Part shown: piece by piece, positions 9,130 through 18,966 of the stretch
Position numbering within the stretch: position 1 is the first letter of the stretch
Layout of the letters: each line of letters opens with the position of its first letter
IMG/VR virus record: IMGVR_UViG_3300042261_002385
Coordinates: 1 to 64,000 of that record
Strand: one strand, 5' to 3'
DNA length: 64,000 bases
Program-made: the position numbers and the translations under genes
Notes under the pieces: generated by a model
What the model saw: the letters and a program-made list of their open reading frames with translations, nothing else
Told to the model about the DNA's origin: nothing
Database searches by the model: none

Positions 9130-9836
9130 AGTATCTAAAATCATATAAATTATTTGAATCTGTTGATAAATCAAAATTCCCAACTTATACAGAATTACAT
9201 GACTTCTTTGTAGAATTAGAAGATGATGATATTACTAAATTCAATTATAGAGGTGATATGCTTTATCTATTTTTTCCACAAAGATGGGAAAGATCCATTC
9301 AATCACGATTATATTATGATATGTCTTTTGAAGAAGACTTTTTAAATCATAAACCAAAAGAACTAATGGGTGAAACTTGGAGTGAATTTTTTATGGATCC
9401 ACTGGATTATTCAGATAAAAGATTTCTTAGAAGCAGAGCAGAATGGATCCACTTAAATGATATAGAGGAAAAAAGAACAAATATACAACAACTAAGAAAA
9501 GATGTTAAAACATTCGAAGAATTATTTGTAGAAGAAATAGAAAAAGGCAATATAAAAGCTTATCCATTTATACGTATGAGATTTGATATCTTTAAACCAG
9601 AACACTTAGATGAAGTAATAGAAAGACTAAAAATGGTTTATGAAGCTACTGATTTCAGACCACTCTGGGGATTCTGGCTTGAAGATTATGCTGATGAAAA
9701 TAGTTTTGATGTAATGACTTTTGTAAACTCAAGTCTTTATTTAGTTAACTGCTCAGATGAAGAATATCAACATTTAGCTGAAATATTTAATGAAAGTAAT
9801 TTAGATAAACAAGTAACAAAACATTTCATAAAGTAG
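9126..9836 (+). CDS. putative virion-internal protein (MKYLKSYKLFES tag)
   Basis: First 11 residues identical to those of the 8581 protein. Confidence 0.7.
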   Translation: MKYLKSYKLFESVDKSKFPTYTELHDFFVELEDDDITKFNYRGDMLYLFFPQRWERSIQSRLYYDMSFEEDFLNHKPKELMGETWSEFFMDPLDYSDKRFLRSRAEWIHLNDIEEKRTNIQQLRKDVKTFEELFVEEIEKGNIKAYPFIRMRFDIFKPEHLDEVIERLKMVYEATDFRPLWGFWLEDYADENSFDVMTFVNSSLYLVNCSDEEYQHLAEIFNESNLDKQVTKHFIK

Positions 9837-9857
9837 AAAAGGTAGAAAAGGTAGAAG
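9833..9857 (+). repeat. tandem 9-bp direct repeat GTAGAAAAG x2 plus partial copy
   Basis: GTAGAAAAG-GTAGAAAAG-GTAGAAG immediately upstream of AATATATA (9867-9874). Confidence 0.8.
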
Positions 9858-9878
9858 TTTTATCTTAATATATAACTT

Positions 9879-10625
9879 ATGAAAACATGCTCTAAATGTA
9901 AAATAGAAAAAGAATTATCTGATTTTTATAAAAAGAAAGCCTCTAAAGATGGCTTTAGAAGTGAATGCAAGAAATGTATTCTAAATAAAGGAAAAATTTA
10001 TTACCAGGATAATAAAGATGAAAGATTAGATTATTACTACAATAACAGAGAAGAAATTCTTGAAAAGAAAAAGGTATATTACCAGGATAATATAGAGAAA
10101 ATATCTGAAAAGGATAAAAAACGTTATAGTGAAAATAAAGAAAAAGAGAATGAACGAACTAAAATGTATTATTCCGAAAATAAAGATATTATTTCTGAAA
10201 GAAAAAGAAAAAAGTATAATGAAAATCCAGATAAAGAACGAAAACGTATTTCCTTATATAGAAAGAAAAATAAAGATAGAATAAATGAGAAGATTAGATT
10301 AAGAAAACAAGATGATACTTTGTATAAAGCAAAAATGGCAATACGCTCAGTCATATCTTGTTCAATTAGAAACCAAGGATATAAGAAAAATAGTCTAACA
10401 TATGAAATACTATGTTGTTCTTATGAAGATTTTAAGTCATATATAGAGGAACAATTTACAGAAGGAATGTCTTGGGAGAATTATGGAGAATGGCATTTGG
10501 ATCATAAAACACCGATAAGTTGGGCAGATAGTGAAGAAAAAGTCTATGAATTAAATCATTACTTAAATTTTCAACCATTATGGGCTTTTGACAATCTATC
10601 AAAAGGAAACAAATGGTCAGATTAA
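9879..10625 (+). CDS. free-standing HNH homing endonuclease (same family as 2994-3575)
   Basis: CSKC..CKKC; WHLDHKTPIS...NFQPLWAFDNLSKGNK. Confidence 0.85.
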   Translation: MKTCSKCKIEKELSDFYKKKASKDGFRSECKKCILNKGKIYYQDNKDERLDYYYNNREEILEKKKVYYQDNIEKISEKDKKRYSENKEKENERTKMYYSENKDIISERKRKKYNENPDKERKRISLYRKKNKDRINEKIRLRKQDDTLYKAKMAIRSVISCSIRNQGYKKNSLTYEILCCSYEDFKSYIEEQFTEGMSWENYGEWHLDHKTPISWADSEEKVYELNHYLNFQPLWAFDNLSKGNKWSD

Positions 10626-10638
10626 AATATAATAAATT

Positions 10639-10788
10639 ATGAAATCAAAAACAAAAAGAAAGTTAAAAATATACTTTTCTATGGATCCTGACTTATATGG
10701 AATATTTGAAAAACATATAGATCAAAATCTATTAGACAAGTCTAAAGTTATAGAGAAATTAATTGAGGAATATATGAAAAATAAATAA
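10639..10788 (+). CDS. ribbon-helix-helix-type small DNA-binding protein (49 aa)
   Basis: Not in track. MKSKTKRKLKIYFSMDPDLYGIFEKHIDQNLLDKSKVIEKLIEEYMKNK has an alternating beta strand, two helices and an S.VI..LI..Y pattern. Confidence 0.6.
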   Translation: MKSKTKRKLKIYFSMDPDLYGIFEKHIDQNLLDKSKVIEKLIEEYMKNK

Positions 10789-10814
10789 ACTTTCCAAATT
10801 AATTTTGATATAAA
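10787..10814 (+). promoter_or_regulatory. putative phage two-box promoter AAACTT-N16-TATAAA
   Basis: Identical spacing recurs at 11887-11914. Confidence 0.5.
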
Positions 10815-10860
10815 TCATATCAAATCAAAAGATTTGAATAACAAAAAATAAAAAGCAATT

Positions 10861-11829
10861 ATGGCAATTAATGAATTAGATGACCTATTCAATGGCGGAC
10901 TGGACAGTAAAATGGACTTCTTAAATGAGCAAAAAACAACAACAAACAACGACGGTATTTACCGAGTTGATCTTTCAAAATGTAAGGATAAAAAGAAGGG
11001 TTGGCGCAGTGTTGTTCGTTTTCTCCCTAACTTGACCAAAGATGGTAAAGTTGGTCAATCAGCAATTGAGAAAATTACTCATTATGTTGATATTAAACAA
11101 CCTAAAGAATTAAGCGGATGGTTTGATAGTCCAAAGAATTTCAATGAGAAATGTGCTTTGACTGATCTTTACTATACAATGCAAAATTCTAAAAATGCAA
11201 TTCTTATTGAGAAGTCAAAACAGTTGAAGTATTCTAAAAAATACTACTCTTATGTTTTAGTATTAGAAGATGAGCAACAACCAGAAAATGTTGGAAAAAT
11301 TATGATTTTCCAATATGGTAAAACAATCAAAGATAAAATTCAAGCTGAGAAGAACGGTGAAATCTCAGGTGTTCCTTGTAACGTATTTGATTTAGCAGCA
11401 GGAAAAGATTTCGTTCTTGTAGTTAAAGAAATTCAAACTGGTGACGAAACATATCCTGATTACAAAATGAGTATGTTTAAACCAGAAACTACTTCTCTTC
11501 CAATTTACTTTAAAGAGAAAGGAGCTTTCAAAAATGCACCTCTTAATGAAGGTAAAATCGAAGCTTCGGTTCAAGGTAAAATCAAAGATTTTTTACTTGA
11601 AAGAGACCACGATTTAGAAGAGTATTCACCAAAAGCTCTTACCGAAGAACAACAAGCTAAAATCACTGAGATTACAAATTTCTTAACTGGTAAAGCTTCA
11701 TCTTCTTACAGCTCAGCTAAGGCAGAGTCAAAACCTTCTTCAGATGATTTTGATTTTGATGATAATTTCTCTTCAACTACATCTTCTGCTACAGAAGAAG
11801 AAGAGGATGACTTCTTCGCTGATATGTAA
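10861..11829 (+). CDS. gp32: single-stranded DNA-binding protein, T4 gp32-like
   Basis: VVRFLP, YYSYVLVLED, IFQYGKTIKDKI, FDLAAGKDF and YPDY motifs; acidic C-terminal tail. Confidence 0.9.
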   Translation: MAINELDDLFNGGLDSKMDFLNEQKTTTNNDGIYRVDLSKCKDKKKGWRSVVRFLPNLTKDGKVGQSAIEKITHYVDIKQPKELSGWFDSPKNFNEKCALTDLYYTMQNSKNAILIEKSKQLKYSKKYYSYVLVLEDEQQPENVGKIMIFQYGKTIKDKIQAEKNGEISGVPCNVFDLAAGKDFVLVVKEIQTGDETYPDYKMSMFKPETTSLPIYFKEKGAFKNAPLNEGKIEASVQGKIKDFLLERDHDLEEYSPKALTEEQQAKITEITNFLTGKASSSYSSAKAESKPSSDDFDFDDNFSSTTSSATEEEEDDFFADM

Positions 11830-11847
11830 TAATATCAAAAAACTAAT

Positions 11848-11877
11848 AAAATCCCACAATTTTTGTGGGATTTTTTT
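11848..11877 (+). terminator. intrinsic terminator after gp32
   Basis: AAAATCCCACAA-TT-TTGTGGGATTTTTTT. Confidence 0.85.
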
Positions 11878-11958
11878 GTTTTATATAAACTTAGCCACTA
11901 AATAAGAATATAAAAAGTGACTAAAGTTATATATACTTCAAAAAATTGAACCTCTTTT

Positions 11959-12951
11959 ATGAGTTTAGAAAATAAAAAATTTAGAAATAATAAAACTGGT
12001 GAAGTAGTAAAAGTAATCAGTGCATTTGAAAATATTGCAGTTCTTGAGAATAAGCAAAAAACAACAGTAAGTGATTTGATGAATCCATCAATTTATACTG
12101 AAGAAATTGATCCAAGTAGTTTTTTTTCAAATCAATCAGCTTATAACATTCTGGCTGAAAAAATAAAAACTATTCCAACACATATGATTAAAGACGATGA
12201 AACAAATCCAGTTGTAAATTTGAATCCAACATATAATTCAAACATGCAGTTTTCACCAACAGTGAATGAAAGTGCTATTGTTATGACGACAGAGGAAGAT
12301 GAAAGAGCCGAGCTAGCAAGAAAGTATGGAGTCACTGAAGATTCAACACAAAGTCTTCAAAGACAAAATGAGGCTTTTGCTAGAATTTTAGGTGAAGATT
12401 CCGATAATGAGTTACCACAAATACCGGTAAGACAATTTGATGAAACACCAGTTCAAAGAGTTGAAGTTAATAGAGAAGAAATGAATGTAGTAAATCAAAT
12501 TAGTCCTCAGAATTCACAACAAATTAATAATCAAACAGTTCAACAAATTGAAGATCCAATTATTACGATGTTTAAAAGAACTAAAAGGTCTGTTGACTTT
12601 AAAGTAACTGTTGATATATCTGATAAAATTCCAAGACTTGACTTTATTGAAATGATGGAGGACTCATATGAAGTATCAATGATTGATTACTTAGCTGAAG
12701 AGTTCACTAATAAAATTTTAAATGATCCTTCTTTAATCAAAGAATCTATCAAAAGTAAAATCAAACAATTGGTATATGGTGGAGATGTGAAATTTCAACC
12801 ACCAATAAATTCTCAAATCACCGATGCGGTCACTCAAATTGAAAAACATGAATCACTTTCTCACGAGAAAGAACCAGTTTTGTCAAAAGACCTTCCTAAA
12901 AAAACAACTACTAGAAAGCCAAGAGCCAAAAAAGAACCAATTCAAAAATGA
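11959..12951 (+). CDS. hypothetical protein
   Basis: 330-aa ORF with Q/N-rich linker and basic tail. Confidence 0.75.
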   Translation: MSLENKKFRNNKTGEVVKVISAFENIAVLENKQKTTVSDLMNPSIYTEEIDPSSFFSNQSAYNILAEKIKTIPTHMIKDDETNPVVNLNPTYNSNMQFSPTVNESAIVMTTEEDERAELARKYGVTEDSTQSLQRQNEAFARILGEDSDNELPQIPVRQFDETPVQRVEVNREEMNVVNQISPQNSQQINNQTVQQIEDPIITMFKRTKRSVDFKVTVDISDKIPRLDFIEMMEDSYEVSMIDYLAEEFTNKILNDPSLIKESIKSKIKQLVYGGDVKFQPPINSQITDAVTQIEKHESLSHEKEPVLSKDLPKKTTTRKPRAKKEPIQK

Positions 12952-13346
12952 TAGATGAAAGTTTTATAAAAGCCGCCATAAAAATCAGAAGACAATATCT
13001 TAAATTAACAAATAATCTGTCCTTTTACAAAAGAAAAGCAGAAGACGTAATCGCGAATTTAGAAGATATTGTTAATAAGATTGAAAAAATTCAAAAAGAA
13101 TCAGAAGTTCAAGTCAATACAAATAATGAAGCAATAACTGTTCAACTAACAAAACTTCTTGTTGATATAGAATCTGAAGGAAGAGCCGTCGAATCATTAA
13201 TAGATCCACTAAATCAAGAAATTGAAAAATTAGGCTTAGAAGAGCAAGAATTATGGAGAAATATTAAAAATAAATATCCAAATATTTCTGATGAAGAAAT
13301 TGTCAATCACGTAAGAAATAGACTTATTGATGAAGGCCTTTCTTAA
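12948..13346 (+). CDS. hypothetical coiled-coil protein
   Basis: 132 aa, heptad-like; ATGA overlap. Confidence 0.7.
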   Translation: MIDESFIKAAIKIRRQYLKLTNNLSFYKRKAEDVIANLEDIVNKIEKIQKESEVQVNTNNEAITVQLTKLLVDIESEGRAVESLIDPLNQEIEKLGLEEQELWRNIKNKYPNISDEEIVNHVRNRLIDEGLS

Positions 13347-13391
13347 TAGAAAGGTTTATTTTTTTATATATACTACAAAATAATTCTTTAA

Positions 13392-15458
13392 ATGGCGAAG
13401 CTATCTAAGTTTGTTAAAGTAGATAAAAATGTTCTTCTAGAATATGTTTACGATGATGAAAATAACATTGGTGAATCTTACGAAGTCTTAGTAAACTCTA
13501 AAGATAGAAGACAGTCATACTTTGCTACATCCACATCTGGAACTAATAATACTCTGAATAATTCACTTTTTGTATTAGACAAAGTATCTAACAAATACGG
13601 TAAGATAAATACATCACAATATAGTTTTTTACAAACAAAAAGTTATTCTTCTTCGACTCCAATTACACATGATAAGCTGATAGTTCATTTACCTATAAAC
13701 TGGACTTTTGGAGAGTATTTAGGATTTTATGTAAAAATATTTGCATATGACGTCCTCAATCAAACAAGCTATGATTTAAGTAATTACTATTTTGATATGA
13801 CAGATTCAGCACAAAGTTATATGCTGAATTTTACATCACCTCCTCTACTATTCGCAGAGAAATTGTGGGGAAAAAATTTGACCATAGAGTTTCCATCAGT
13901 ATCAGCTATTGCCTCTCAAAGAGTAAATAATAGACCTAAAGAGAGTAGTTTAAATGCAAATTTAACAAATGGTTCGGGTTTCAGCTTAACAACTCCAGTT
14001 TTTATAGATTTTCACTTTATTAATAATATACAAACTATTAATGCGGTAACAAGTTATTTACTAAATCCTAAAGTTTCTGTAAGTGTTCCTCAGACTCCAG
14101 AGTTTGAAAATTTAGGACTCAAAATTGAACACTCTCCAAACGGAGACTATTTCGAAATTTATGGAACCTACAACGGAACTATTGCAGGATTTAAGCAGTT
14201 CATAGATGATTCATTTGTTGCGGGTAGTAGATACTATGTTCAGTATAGTATTACTACTTTTGAACAGAATGTTAGAGGAAAAACAATAACCGCAGAAGTA
14301 ATAGATAATTTTAACGAAACAATTGAATTTAGACCAATTATAAAAGCTTCAACAACTACAGCTATAATTGATGTCGAAATGAGATTAATAGACGCAGTTA
14401 CTGAAAGCACAATCATGAGAAGAGCGTCATATGGTATGTTGCAAGATGAGGTTTCAAGATATTCATTAAATCTAATTAAAATCAATCTTAAAAATGCTAA
14501 TAAACCAAAGATTTATAATACTAAACTTAATAGACCAATTGAGACTAAAGGTATTGAAGATAGGATTAGAAATATTCAAAATAAAAACAAAGGTCTTGGT
14601 CCTGTAAAAAATAAAACCATCGATAATGGAGTCTCTTCTATTCAATTTGATCCTACTATAACTGGTTTGATATCAACTGGTATAAAAGATATTGTGATGG
14701 GTGCATTTCCAACGATGGGAACAGACCAGAGTAATCTCAATTTAGTGATTCAAAAAATAGCAAGTGAAGTAGCCAGAAACCTCTCAGGTGGAACTAATCC
14801 TGTAGGTATCGCTTCGTCTCCTCCAGCGACTGTTGAATATCAATTCTTTGATAAGAAAAATGTTACTGTAAAGATTGATGGTAATGCAGAATACGATGCT
14901 CAAGGACAAGGTTTAATAGTAATAGATATGACGGCTGATACAATAGCTCCTATAAACTTTTTGATAACCGACGGACCAGCAAATGAGCCGAAAAATTTAT
15001 CAAGACTTAATGATATTTTATTAGTTTTTAGTGATGCTAGAAGCACAGAAAAAATACCAGAAAGTTCATACAGAACATCTGGTGCTTCTGACTTAGATAG
15101 AGGTTTAGTTTATTTCGAAATTAACGATAGAAGTAAACAAAATATTAGAAAATTCTATGACGGTGGAAACAAAAACTTTTCAATAGTAGGTGTTTCAAAT
15201 GGTAAAGAGTTTCAAATTTATAGAGGAGTTTTCGAACTCTCAGATTCTAAAACTATGTTAGCTCAAAACGAAGCTATCATAAAAGCTAAATTAGATAAAC
15301 AAAAAGAACAAGCTGCAGCTGCTCTCAACGGCACACCTAATCCATCTACAAAATCAGATCCGTCTAATACTGCAGCCGCTGCTGCAAATTCAGGAACTAC
15401 AGGTGGAACAGGTGATCCTAATGATAAAACTGGAAATGCTCCAAAAAAGAAGGGATAA
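13392..15458 (+). CDS. probable virion structural protein
   Basis: 688 aa, beta-rich; TATATA box upstream; adjacent to the tail-tube-fold gene. Confidence 0.6.
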   Translation: MAKLSKFVKVDKNVLLEYVYDDENNIGESYEVLVNSKDRRQSYFATSTSGTNNTLNNSLFVLDKVSNKYGKINTSQYSFLQTKSYSSSTPITHDKLIVHLPINWTFGEYLGFYVKIFAYDVLNQTSYDLSNYYFDMTDSAQSYMLNFTSPPLLFAEKLWGKNLTIEFPSVSAIASQRVNNRPKESSLNANLTNGSGFSLTTPVFIDFHFINNIQTINAVTSYLLNPKVSVSVPQTPEFENLGLKIEHSPNGDYFEIYGTYNGTIAGFKQFIDDSFVAGSRYYVQYSITTFEQNVRGKTITAEVIDNFNETIEFRPIIKASTTTAIIDVEMRLIDAVTESTIMRRASYGMLQDEVSRYSLNLIKINLKNANKPKIYNTKLNRPIETKGIEDRIRNIQNKNKGLGPVKNKTIDNGVSSIQFDPTITGLISTGIKDIVMGAFPTMGTDQSNLNLVIQKIASEVARNLSGGTNPVGIASSPPATVEYQFFDKKNVTVKIDGNAEYDAQGQGLIVIDMTADTIAPINFLITDGPANEPKNLSRLNDILLVFSDARSTEKIPESSYRTSGASDLDRGLVYFEINDRSKQNIRKFYDGGNKNFSIVGVSNGKEFQIYRGVFELSDSKTMLAQNEAIIKAKLDKQKEQAAAALNGTPNPSTKSDPSNTAAAAANSGTTGGTGDPNDKTGNAPKKKG

Positions 15459-15461
15459 AAA

Positions 15462-16061
15462 ATGAGATTAAGTAGTCAAGCCAGTCAGTTTATATTCAAT
15501 TTACCATCGGATTTTTTACCTACAGAAATTTTAGAAACATATAGTCCGATTCTTGAAAAAAATTGGATTCAATATGAAGATGTAGTCTCATATTTGAACT
15601 CTACTATTAAATCGGTCAATTTTCCAGGAGTCAATTTTGAGATGCCAAAGCAAATAACAATGAGAGGTAAAGAAAGACAATTCAAACCAGCTAAAAACGT
15701 TCAAGATATTACGACAACTCATGATTTGACAGTGACTTTTAGAAGTGTGGATTCTGATCTTAACTATTGGCTAATGTTTGACATAATAACTAAACATTAT
15801 TTAGATCTTGAAAATGCCTTTGTTAATCCGTTTACCATAACCTGTGTAGACATACATAGAGATGCAATTTACGTTATAAGGTTTTACGAAATAATACTCA
15901 AAGGCATGTCTGAAAATACTTTTAATTATTCACTACAAAAAGTTGCTACGAAAGACTTTACGATTACATTTCACTTTAATTTCTATGATATTCAGTTCCT
16001 ACTTAATCAAAGTAAAGTTTTAGAATTAGGAGCAGTTCCGTCAATTATTCAGAGAATATAA
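15462..16061 (+). CDS. tail-tube-fold protein (T4 gp3 tail terminator / gp19-like)
   Basis: KSVNFPGV...DLTVTFRSVDSDLNYWLMF resembles the gp3 V.LPG...L.V.F.VDED..NY pattern. Confidence 0.6.
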   Translation: MRLSSQASQFIFNLPSDFLPTEILETYSPILEKNWIQYEDVVSYLNSTIKSVNFPGVNFEMPKQITMRGKERQFKPAKNVQDITTTHDLTVTFRSVDSDLNYWLMFDIITKHYLDLENAFVNPFTITCVDIHRDAIYVIRFYEIILKGMSENTFNYSLQKVATKDFTITFHFNFYDIQFLLNQSKVLELGAVPSIIQRI

Positions 16062-16064
16062 AAG

Positions 16065-17060
16065 CTAAATCATTTTTTTTGAAATCCACTCATATGTTTT
16101 ACGTAATCCTTTTTCTAAAGGATAATTTATCTCATATCCGATTTTTTCAAAGAATAATTTATTATCAGATTTTCTACCCATTACTCCAATCGGACACTTA
16201 TGACCATATTTTTTTTCAAAATCCTCACCAAAAATGTTATTAATTTTGATGGATTTGTCTGCAATTTTAGAAACGATTTCGACCAATTGATTGATTGTAA
16301 CCATTTCTTCTGAACCAATGTTTACAGGACCAGTAAATTCCGAATTCATTAATTTATCAACTGCCGTCAAACATTCATCAATAAATAAGAAAGATCTTGT
16401 TTGAGTTCCATCACCCCAAATCTCAATCTCACCATTAGATTCTAGAACTTTTCTACAAACTGCTGCCGGTGCTTTTTCTTTTCCACCAGTCCAAGTCCCT
16501 TCAGGACCAAAGATGTTATGAAATCTAGCTATTCGAACATTTAGATTATAATTTCTCATATAAGCCAAGTATAATCTTTCACTGAATAATTTTTCCCAAC
16601 CATACTCGGAATCCGGATTAGCTGGATATGCTGAACTTTCCTCACAATTAGGATTATTCGGGTCTAATTGATTGTGCTCAGGATAAATACAAGCAGATGA
16701 AGAATAAAAAACTTTTTTTACTTTTGTCAAAACACACTCATTTACAACATTTAGATTTATCATAGCTGAATTATGCATGACATTAGCATCATTTTCACCT
16801 GTAAAGATGTAACCAGCACCTCCCATATCAGCTGCTAGTTGATAAACCTCATCAAATCCATTTTCAATATGGAAAACATCTTTAATAAAATTCAAATCTT
16901 TCAAATCTCCTTTGTAAAAATCATCACAAATAATATTATGTCCTAAATGCTCATGATTTTTTATATCAGCGATTCTCACATAAGAATTTTCACTTTTTAG
17001 TTTTCTACCAAGATGACCACCAATAAAGCCACCACCACCAAGTATTAAAATTTTTTTCAT
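16065..17060 (-). CDS. GDP-mannose 3,5-epimerase-like NAD-dependent epimerase
   Basis: GGGGFIG, LAADMGGAGYI, YSSSACIYP and AYPANPDSEYGWEKLFSER motifs. Confidence 0.85.
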   Translation of the reverse strand: MKKILILGGGGFIGGHLGRKLKSENSYVRIADIKNHEHLGHNIICDDFYKGDLKDLNFIKDVFHIENGFDEVYQLAADMGGAGYIFTGENDANVMHNSAMINLNVVNECVLTKVKKVFYSSSACIYPEHNQLDPNNPNCEESSAYPANPDSEYGWEKLFSERLYLAYMRNYNLNVRIARFHNIFGPEGTWTGGKEKAPAAVCRKVLESNGEIEIWGDGTQTRSFLFIDECLTAVDKLMNSEFTGPVNIGSEEMVTINQLVEIVSKIADKSIKINNIFGEDFEKKYGHKCPIGVMGRKSDNKLFFEKIGYEINYPLEKGLRKTYEWISKKMI

Positions 17061-17063
17061 TTT

Positions 17064-17996
17064 TTAAAATTGTTTTTTGTAAATTTTATAGAAATCTTTA
17101 GTTCTCTCAGGTAAATAAGACTCGAAATTACTTAAATCGTTAATCAATTTAAGAGTATTTCTATATCCAATAATCTCATTTTCTAAGTTCTTTATAAGAT
17201 CTTGAACATTTCTATCCTGATACACTGTAGCTTTTGAATAAGCCACTGAATTAGGAAAGTGATATTGAAGTATATAAGAAGCCCATATATCATCCATTCT
17301 GCCAATGAATGGAAATACACAATATACTGGTATGACATCTCTTGATAAAAAAGTATTCTGTGAATTAAATGGTGAAATAACATTTGAACAATAAGGTTCT
17401 TGTATATCAGAATATTTGACAATTGGCTTGAGAGTCAGTCGGGCCATTGCGTCTATATCAGGATCACCATCCCACAAATCAGCCTGAACAAGAATTTTTC
17501 TTTTTGTTTTACCTTTATATTGAACATTATGTCTTTTTTGTAGATACTCAATAGGATATCCTCTATGCCAAACGTAATTGTCTTTAGTTATAGATAACGG
17601 ATCAAATACATTTAGTTCAGGCTCATAAATATCCAACTCGACTTCTTTATTTACTAAAATGTTTTTACCCCAATCGTCATAAGGTATATTATCATCATCG
17701 ACAGTAGCTACTATTTCCGAACCAAGTTTGTAAGCTTCGACAAATCCAATATTTCTTCTTTGAATAGTGTTCCAACCAATTACTTCACTTAGTTCTGTGT
17801 ATTTTTCATCCTGTTGTTCAGGAGTCAAATATATGACATTTTTATACTTCGACTGAAGTTCTAAATATTCGGAATGTGGTGTTTTTTTATCTCCTATAAT
17901 TATAAAATTCCAACAATCATTTTCTGATATCTGACAGAATTTGAGTGTTGCCTCTGTTGGTTTATTTATCGTTGTAGTAACTATTGATTTAATCAT
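17064..17996 (-). CDS. STELLO/RGP (GT75)-like glycosyltransferase or mutase
   Basis: IVTTTIN, RRNIGF, TVDDDN, WHRGYP, GDPDIDAMARL, PFNSQNTF and RMDDIW motifs. Confidence 0.7.
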   Translation of the reverse strand: MIKSIVTTTINKPTEATLKFCQISENDCWNFIIIGDKKTPHSEYLELQSKYKNVIYLTPEQQDEKYTELSEVIGWNTIQRRNIGFVEAYKLGSEIVATVDDDNIPYDDWGKNILVNKEVELDIYEPELNVFDPLSITKDNYVWHRGYPIEYLQKRHNVQYKGKTKRKILVQADLWDGDPDIDAMARLTLKPIVKYSDIQEPYCSNVISPFNSQNTFLSRDVIPVYCVFPFIGRMDDIWASYILQYHFPNSVAYSKATVYQDRNVQDLIKNLENEIIGYRNTLKLINDLSNFESYLPERTKDFYKIYKKQF

Positions 17997-18005
17997 ATTT
18001 CTAAT

Positions 18006-18890
18006 TTAATTTTTGTAGATTATTACATCTTGCTCATTAATAAGACCCCATCCATCTTCATTAGCTTTAAATTTAGGAGCAACATTGGCTTGGTTATAAC
18101 CATTTACGTCTCCACCTATACCTTTGTGACATAAATGGAAAAAGGTCATGCCTAAGTCATACAAATCACCCATACATTTGTATTGTCTGGTGTATCTATT
18201 GTGCATTTCCACATCTACAAATCCCCATCTTGTTAATTCTTCGTAAAAAAAAGTTGACTCTTCACAGATTTTTCTACTGAGTAGAGTTCCAATTGCACCT
18301 CCTCCGAATTGAGAAAGGGAAATTTTGGAAAGTATAGGAAAAACACCATGATCTACTTCTATTGGAGGCCAGCAAGTTCTACCACTGGCTTCCCATTTTT
18401 CTATCTCTGTATCTAAATTTTTAATTCCGTCACAAGACTCATGTAATTTTTCACTGATATGCCATCTAGAAGCCCAATAGAACGCATTGTCATCAGATGT
18501 CAACAGCAGCTCATACATTTTTTTAAAGCTATCAAAAGGTATATAACCATCCGCATCTATGACTAATATAAATTTACCTTTAGATCTTCTAAAAGCCGCG
18601 TTAGCTGCATGTGAAGTAGAAAACGGAGAGTCTGTATATTTTCTACAAACTTCTTTTGGTATATAAACCCAGTTTAAAAAATCATTCTGATTAATTTCTA
18701 AATAATCCGATAATTTTATATCACTTCCCCAATCAGAAACTACTATTTCGATATCATTTGCTCCAAGTTTTGAGATATTATCAACTAGCTTACTTAAGTT
18801 AAGTTTTAGTCTGTGTGGAAAGTTTCCTAAATAATTGTCATTCCTACCATATGTTATAATAGAAAGTAAAATTTCTTTTTTTTCTGTCAT
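18006..18890 (-). CDS. GT-A fold (GT2-like) glycosyltransferase
   Basis: GRNDNY, IVVSDWGS, NAAFRRSKGKFILVIDADG and WGFVD motifs. Confidence 0.75.
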   Translation of the reverse strand: MTEKKEILLSIITYGRNDNYLGNFPHRLKLNLSKLVDNISKLGANDIEIVVSDWGSDIKLSDYLEINQNDFLNWVYIPKEVCRKYTDSPFSTSHAANAAFRRSKGKFILVIDADGYIPFDSFKKMYELLLTSDDNAFYWASRWHISEKLHESCDGIKNLDTEIEKWEASGRTCWPPIEVDHGVFPILSKISLSQFGGGAIGTLLSRKICEESTFFYEELTRWGFVDVEMHNRYTRQYKCMGDLYDLGMTFFHLCHKGIGGDVNGYNQANVAPKFKANEDGWGLINEQDVIIYKN

Positions 18891-18966
18891 TATGTTATTT
18901 TATTTTTTTCTTTCAAAAATTGAAAAACCACATCTATCCTGTAGGTCATCAACAATATTTGTCCAA

